Made by a program: the position numbers and the translations under genes | The notes under the pieces: model-generated | What the model was told of the DNA's origin: nothing | Databases searched by the model: none | Seen by the model: the letters and a program-made list of their open reading frames with translations, nothing else | In this document: positions 58,314-64,000 of the stretch, one piece after another | Position numbering within the stretch: position 1 is the stretch's first letter | Layout: the number at the start of each line of letters is the position of its first letter | Source of the DNA: Vulcanimicrobiota bacterium | GTDB taxonomy: Bacteria > Vulcanimicrobiota > Vulcanimicrobiia > Eremiobacterales > Eremiobacteraceae | DNA: 64,000 bases | Direction: 5' to 3' | Assembly (NCBI GenBank): GCA_963812135.1 | Contig: CAWETU010000001.1 | Location: 1,792,001-1,856,000, forward strand

Positions 58314-59921
58314 CTACTGCCCGCAGTTCTTGCCGGTATCGTCTTCCGTGCACAACGCGAGGATGACGTACTGCGTGGTCGTCGGCGTGTACGGCGGCGG
58401 CTTTGTCGCCAAGCGCGGATCGTAGACGCCGTTGGTCTCAAAGCCGGAGACGGTCGAACCGAGCGTGCCGCGCTTGCCGCGCACGTTCTCGATCAGACTG
58501 CCGCGCATCGTTAGGATTCCGGTGCCGCTACCGACCGGCGCGGTGCCGCAGCTCGGCGCAGCCGAGCAATATTTGTTGTTGAACGTGCCGTCGTTGCAGA
58601 CCGCGCTGCACTCGCCGTAGTAGCCGGTGAACATCGCGCCGTCTATCTCGATGTTGCCATTCGTTTGGTCGTTGAGGACAATGTCGTTCGCCCAAAATGC
58701 CAGTTCGTCAGTCGAGTTCAGCGACGTGTCCGCGTACGTGACGCTGCCCTTCATCGTGATCGTGGGATTCGGCAAGCCGTTGCCGTCAGGCACGCCAAGC
58801 GTGTATTGGCCGCGGAACGACGAGCCGGCGTTGATCGTCATCGCGCCCGTCGAGAAGATCGCGCCGTTGGGGCCGACAACTCCGGGCGCCTGTTGGCCGC
58901 TCGGCGTGCCCGTGTAGCTCGCCACGGTCGTCACGCCTTTTTTGACGACCGTCGTATTCGTATTGAAGTTGATGTTGACGGTGTATGTCGCTGCGGTCGT
59001 CGTCACCGTCAGCGTCTCGGTGTTGAGCACGGAGTTCCCGACAGACGTGATCGTCGACGTTCCCGCGATGAAGAGCCCGGTCTTGAGCGGACCGCCGCCA
59101 CCACCGGTGACGTTGGCGCCATTGATGTAGAGTCCGCCCACACCTGGAATCACCGGCAGCGGCGAAGGGGCGGGGTTACCGGTCAGGGCGGCATATTCGA
59201 CCGCCGAATTATCATTGGTCGTCGGCAGCGTCAACGGCGACGTCACGGTGTGCCAGTTGCCCTGATTGGCGATGACCGCCGCCCAGTCCGTGCCGTTGGC
59301 GGGGGCGCCGGGCACCCACGTCGTCACGCCCGCGGTGATCACCTCATCGTTGAAGATCGGCGGTTGGCCATCGGTGTAGGCCACGCGCATCGGGCCGCCG
59401 CTATAGACGGGACCGTTGAACGTCTCGCCGCTCGCATAGAACACCGCGCCGCCGACGTTGGTGAATTCGCTGATGGTGAACATGTTGAACGCGGAGAAGG
59501 GCTGCTTTTCGATCAGCGCGTCTACGTTGCGCTGGGATCCGCCCGCCGTACCCGTCGAGTGGATGATGTAGTACGGAAGCACGCTGGTCCATTTCTTAGG
59601 GTCGACAGTGACGCTGAACTGGACGTTCTTGCCGTCGTCGTCGGTATACGACTTGAGCTGCGGCGCCGGCGTCGAACCGGGCGCCGCGCCTGCATCGTTG
59701 ATCTCGAACTGGTACACCATTTCGTCGACGCCTGCGTACGCCGCTCGCTGGGCCTCGTTGCTCGTGCCGTGCAGACCCGTCAGCTTAAGCTCCGAGATCA
59801 CGTTGGTCATCAGGGCGCCGATCAAGATCAGGAACACCGCCGTCATGAGGAGGACGGTGATAAGTGCGAGGCCGCGACGCGGTCTGCGGCTTGATCGTTG
59901 GGCGAGCGTACGCATGTTCAT
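58314..59921 (-). CDS. PilX-like minor pilin with DUF4900-like C-terminal region (cluster 2)
   Basis: 'RRG|LALITVLL'; strongly similar to 54948-56528. Confidence 0.75.
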   Translation of the reverse strand: MNMRTLAQRSSRRPRRGLALITVLLMTAVFLILIGALMTNVISELKLTGLHGTSNEAQRAAYAGVDEMVYQFEINDAGAAPGSTPAPQLKSYTDDDGKNVQFSVTVDPKKWTSVLPYYIIHSTGTAGGSQRNVDALIEKQPFSAFNMFTISEFTNVGGAVFYASGETFNGPVYSGGPMRVAYTDGQPPIFNDEVITAGVTTWVPGAPANGTDWAAVIANQGNWHTVTSPLTLPTTNDNSAVEYAALTGNPAPSPLPVIPGVGGLYINGANVTGGGGGPLKTGLFIAGTSTITSVGNSVLNTETLTVTTTAATYTVNINFNTNTTVVKKGVTTVASYTGTPSGQQAPGVVGPNGAIFSTGAMTINAGSSFRGQYTLGVPDGNGLPNPTITMKGSVTYADTSLNSTDELAFWANDIVLNDQTNGNIEIDGAMFTGYYGECSAVCNDGTFNNKYCSAAPSCGTAPVGSGTGILTMRGSLIENVRGKRGTLGSTVSGFETNGVYDPRLATKPPPYTPTTTQYVILALCTEDDTGKNCGQ

Positions 59922-59928
59922 TTTTCTC

Positions 59929-60561
59929 CTAGTTCATTATGGTGACGTCGTCGTTGAGCGTAAACGGCGATTCAGGCTTTGTCGGATTGAGGATATTGTT
60001 GATGCTGATCGTGATCTGATATTCGTTCGTGTTGCCATTGACTTGCATCACGCCGAAGTTGGTGACGTTCGTGGCCAGCACGACTGGCGCGGGCGATGGC
60101 TGGCCGGCTTTGTACACCGTCTGATAGTCCATCGTGTACTCATTGAGATTGACGCCGTCCCACGAAATGATGTGCACGTCGTAGCCTGGATTGGGCGCAT
60201 TCGTCACCCCGGTCGGGATGCTTGCGGGATCCAGCGTCTTGACGCGGTAGAAGACAATCGCCGGAGCGGAGGTCGTCTTCGGCACCGGCACCAGAACCGC
60301 GGGCGAGGGGGTCCCGCCGGACGCATCGACGCTATTGGCGTCGACCGACGCTTGGCTAAGGGACGAGTTTACCCGTGCCATCGCGACCCGCGTGAGTTGT
60401 TCGTTTGTCATTTTCTCTTCAGTCAGCGTGCTGTGCGTGAACGCTTGTCGGAAGAGAACCGTTGAGAGGCTCAGCACGAGCAGCATCACCCCAAAGGAGA
60501 TCAGCAGCTCGACGATCGTCATGCCCCGTTGGGCTCTTGCGCGCATATTCGTCATCCTCAA
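59929..60561 (-). CDS. PilW-like minor pilin (cluster 2)
   Basis: '[13 protein letters not shown]'. Confidence 0.85.
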   Translation of the reverse strand: MRMTNMRARAQRGMTIVELLISFGVMLLVLSLSTVLFRQAFTHSTLTEEKMTNEQLTRVAMARVNSSLSQASVDANSVDASGGTPSPAVLVPVPKTTSAPAIVFYRVKTLDPASIPTGVTNAPNPGYDVHIISWDGVNLNEYTMDYQTVYKAGQPSPAPVVLATNVTNFGVMQVNGNTNEYQITISINNILNPTKPESPFTLNDDVTIMN

Positions 60562-61313
60562 ATCGGCAGCGGCGTGGCCGTCGGCTTCGGTGTCGGCGTC
60601 GGCACCGGCGTCGCGGTCGGCTTAGCAGTCGGTGACGGCGTCGCGGTCGGTACCGGCGTCGGCGTCTTCACCGGCGTGGCCGTCGGCTTCGGCGTGGCGG
60701 TCGGCACAGGCGTCGCGGTCGGTACGGGCGTTGCCGTCGGTTTCGGCGTCGCGGTCGGCTTCGGCGTCGGCGTCGGCGACGGGGTCGCCGTCGGCGTCGC
60801 GGTCGGCGATGGCGGCGGCGTTGCCAGCGTCAGCTGCGTGGGGATCGAATGCGTATAGCCGCGCATCTCATACTGGTCTGTCATGTTGCCGATCGTGCTG
60901 CGTACCCAAACGGTCAGCTCGGCGCTTTGCTGGAACGGCACGGTCTCGGCCCATTGGTACTGGACTTGGGCGAGTTCGGCCGGAGCGAGGTTACAGGCGG
61001 GCGGCGTGTGCCAGGTCCCACCAGCCTTCGGCCCAAGATCGGTGACCGGCGTCAGCGAGTTGCCGCACGGATCTTTAGGCGTGTCCGGATAGGCGCCCCA
61101 CAGCTGCCCATCGCCGTACATGACGCCCATGAAATAGTTGGCTGCGGAGATATCCATCGAGCGCTGCGAAGATTTGCTCGTCGCCCACGAGGACGCCACC
61201 ATGTTCTGACCGACGAAGATGAAGATCAGCACAAGCAGCACCATGGCCACCATGACCTCAATGAGAGACATGCCTCGTGCCTTCTTGTTGGTCGAACCGC
61301 TCACGTCACCCAT
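60558..61313 (-). CDS. PilV-like minor pilin with PT-repeat tail (cluster 2)
   Basis: '[13 protein letters not shown]'; [12 protein letters not shown] tail; AAGGAAG SD before ATG. Confidence 0.85.
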   Translation of the reverse strand: MGDVSGSTNKKARGMSLIEVMVAMVLLVLIFIFVGQNMVASSWATSKSSQRSMDISAANYFMGVMYGDGQLWGAYPDTPKDPCGNSLTPVTDLGPKAGGTWHTPPACNLAPAELAQVQYQWAETVPFQQSAELTVWVRSTIGNMTDQYEMRGYTHSIPTQLTLATPPPSPTATPTATPSPTPTPKPTATPKPTATPVPTATPVPTATPKPTATPVKTPTPVPTATPSPTAKPTATPVPTPTPKPTATPLPI

Positions 61314-61487
61314 CGTAACTTCCTTTTTTCTCTGCACAAACGTCGAGTAGGTCCCAACCATCCATGGCTGGACGCGTATCCCCCTATGCATTCAATCGGG
61401 TCTCTCTTCTACTAAGACGTATCATGTACTGCGACTCGTCGCTCACACCACAGTAGGTGTGATGCGCAACACTGCGCGCGAAAAGTC

Positions 61488-61512
61488 GCAGCCGCGTCGA
61501 TGACGCGGCTGC
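61488..61512 (-). terminator. Hairpin, probable terminator
   Basis: GCAGCCGCGTC-gat-GACGCGGCTGC followed by TTTT on the minus strand. Confidence 0.6.
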
Positions 61513-61573
61513 AATCAAACGTGTGAGTGTGATAACTCGTCACATGTGACGCGTGACCCAATGTCACATGCGA

Positions 61574-62155
61574 CTAGTACCCGCCATAACCGCCAGGAAC
61601 CGGCACCGGCATGGGCGCCGGCGCGGGCATCGACGGAATCGCCGGCCCTGCTGCGGGTCCTGAGGAAGTCGCCGGCTGGCTGCCACCTGCACCTGAATGA
61701 AGCGTTATCGAGCGGCTCCGATAGTTGGCGACATACAGCGCGCGGGCCACGGCTTGGGCGTCGGCATAGAGCGCTGCGGCTTTCGGATCGTTGGCGCATG
61801 TCACGTCAGGCGTGGTCTCGCCGCGATAACTGACGAGCAACGGGGTCGGAGCCTTTAGCGTCGGAGCGCAAGCGAGCGCGGGCAGCTTCGAGAGCGGCAT
61901 CGCGGCCGAGACGTCGGCGAACAACGCGCTTACGACGGAAGGTGGCAACGCGCGCTGGGCGCGACCCGCGCCGTCCACGGCGGTCGCGTCGCCGCTCGGC
62001 GCCACGACGATCCGATAGCCGATGAGGTCGCCGGTGGGCGGGCTGACGATGACCACGCCGCCGGCCGGCACCGGCAGCGGCGGCAGCCCGGCATCGCCGA
62101 GCGCGACGGAGGGGAGTGCCGCAATCGCGAGTGCGGCGATGAATAGCTTACGCAT
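61574..62155 (-). CDS. Secreted protein; paralog of 53271-54215
   Basis: Signal peptide, GAGGTG SD, shared two-Cys domain. Confidence 0.7.
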   Translation of the reverse strand: MRKLFIAALAIAALPSVALGDAGLPPLPVPAGGVVIVSPPTGDLIGYRIVVAPSGDATAVDGAGRAQRALPPSVVSALFADVSAAMPLSKLPALACAPTLKAPTPLLVSYRGETTPDVTCANDPKAAALYADAQAVARALYVANYRSRSITLHSGAGGSQPATSSGPAAGPAIPSMPAPAPMPVPVPGGYGGY

Positions 62156-62233
62156 CGAAATCACCTCAACCAGAGGCCGTCGGCGTGCGCCCCTCTTCCT
62201 TATATATAGAGCGGCTGAAATTATCCGGTAGAT

Positions 62234-62317
62234 TGGGCAGGGTAGGATTCGAACCTACGTAGCGCTGAGCGCGGCAGATTTACAGTCTGCTACCATTAAC
62301 CACTCGGTCACCTGCCC
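62234..62317 (-). tRNA. tRNA-Tyr(GTA)
   Basis: Cloverleaf with long variable arm, CTGTAAA loop. Confidence 0.96.
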
Positions 62318-62384
62318 GGAGGTCGCATCCCTTTGACGATTTGGGTTTGACCGCCTGGCATTTTTCGGCGAACAGAAGGCGACC

Positions 62385-64000
62385 TTAGTGGCGGGGACGG
62401 ATGGCCGGCGGCATCGCCCGGCGCGCCGCCGATGCCACGCCGTTCGGCGAAAACGCGTAGACGATTCCCTGGAAGCCGACGACATAGAGATACTTGTCGA
62501 TCATCGGCTGCGCATACGCGGCACTGCCGACAGTCGTGCCGCTATTCCACAGCGCCGCGCCGCTGATCGCGTCGAATGCGTACACCGTCTTGCCCGGGCC
62601 ATCGGTGTCATAGACGACGCCGTTCGCGACGCTCGGCGCCGAGTGCGGCAGATCGGTCGTCGTGTTGACCGCGGAGTTCTGACCGAAGACCGGATTCCAG
62701 AGGAGCGCGAGCGTGCAACCGCCCTGCGGCGAAAAAGCCGCGAGACCGTGCTTGTAGGTCCCATTGGGTGAATCACCCGGCACCGGCACATACACGAGGT
62801 TGCTCACGGGCGAGTACGCGGGTACGCCGATGAAGTTGCCGTTGTCGCTCGGAGGCGACATGGCTAGGGTTTGTGTGGGACCGCTGCCGATGCTGTTGCG
62901 ATTGTAGGTCACCAACACCCCAGACTTGTTCATCGCCGCGAGGCAGCCGCCGGGATAGAGGAGCGGCGTCGCTCCGAAATCAGCGTCCGGCGAGGCCGGC
63001 AAGCCTGGATAATTCGCCGCCACCAATCCAAGCGCCGACGTGAGCGCGACGATGTCTTCCGAGTAGCCATAGTTTTGCGGGATCGGGAAATTGATATTGT
63101 CCGCGTTGCCGGTTGCGATATACACCGTGTTCGTCGCCGTATCGATCGACGCGCCACCGTATCCCCAGATGCCGCCGCCGCTTTGACCCTGGGAGGGGAA
63201 GAACGTGCCGAGGTGGCCGCCGCTATGCGAATCGAGCGCGTCGATCTGCCCGTACCACGGCGAGATGTCGCACGTCGATGAGGTTTCGGCATAGATGATG
63301 CCGTTGGCAGGGTTGAGCGTCAGCCCCGCATAGACGAAATTGTGCGTGTTGTCGAGCGGCGACTGCGGGATCGCGACAGGCCACCCGCCCGCTTCGGCTC
63401 CGGTCGCGAGATCCAGGGCGTGCAGCTGCAGGTTCCCATCGGCGACGAAGACTCTGCCTTGCGACCGGTCGATGGTCGCGGTGTGACCGACGCCGAACGG
63501 CAGGCTCGCTCCGCAGAAATACGTCGCGACGGGCAGCGATTTTTGCCAGACGATGGCGCCCGTGTCCGCGTCTAGCGCCGCGAAAGAGCCCGGACAGCGT
63601 GCCGACATAGAGCAAGTTATGCGAGGTACCGGCCACGGTGACGTTGCTCGCGAGCACAGGTTGACCCACGATACCCGACGAGCTGAGGTTCGTCGACCAC
63701 AGCAATTGTAGGCTGCCGACATTGCCGCTGCCGATCGTGGTCTCGTTCGGATTATATCCCGTGCGCGCCAGATCGTAGCCGAACGTCGGCCAGTCGACAT
63801 AGCCGGTCGTGGGCGGCGGCGTCGGAGTCGGGCCGACTCCGGTTTGCGCAGCGCTGTAGTGCGAGCTGACGTCGGCGGCGGTCAGCGCTCGATTGTAGAT
63901 GGCCACCTCGTCGATCGTGCCGGAGAAGCCTGGGTCTTCAGCGCTCGTGTCGTCGCCGATGCCCAATCCGAATGTGTTGTCATATCCCGTGATGGCGCCC
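62385..64000 (-). CDS. LamG-like plus PQQ-like beta-propeller protein, 5' partial, 1-nt insertion near 63584
   Basis: 'FSGTIDEVAIYNRAL'; 'DWPTFGYD..RTGYN', 'ALDA.TG...W', 'GGGIW'. Confidence 0.8.

Overview
High-GC bacterial chromosome segment, mostly transcribed on the minus strand. The gene style (NHL and Pro/Thr-rich secreted proteins, DUF4760-like protein) suggests Eremiobacterota/Vulcanimicrobiota, which is inference only. Core genes: hup, aroQ, hslO, tyrS, mutS2, gatCAB, rlmD, purA, recA-recX, ftsY, hppA, tuf-rpmG-secE-nusG-rplKAJL and six tRNAs. Signals beyond the gene list: (1) two families of GTAG-footed REP-like hairpins (11 copies and about 5 copies) with compensatory stem changes; all share one orientation, and some supply stop/start codons or sit in frame inside mutS2 and recX; (2) a 6.9-kb integrase-less island bounded by a 31-bp duplication of the tRNA-Pro 3' end; (3) two tandem PilV/PilW/PilX-like minor-pilin triplets with CRP-like boxes, inside a dispersed tRNA-Tyr/Gly/Thr-tuf cluster; (4) an M-box riboswitch upstream of an NRAMP-type transporter; (5) a BldC-like HTH gene coupled to a FliA/WhiG sigma gene, and a diverged fliJ/fliM/fliO-like cassette; (6) about seven single-base insertions breaking genes, probably sequencing errors. 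No CRISPR array, integrase, transposase or rRNA was seen.
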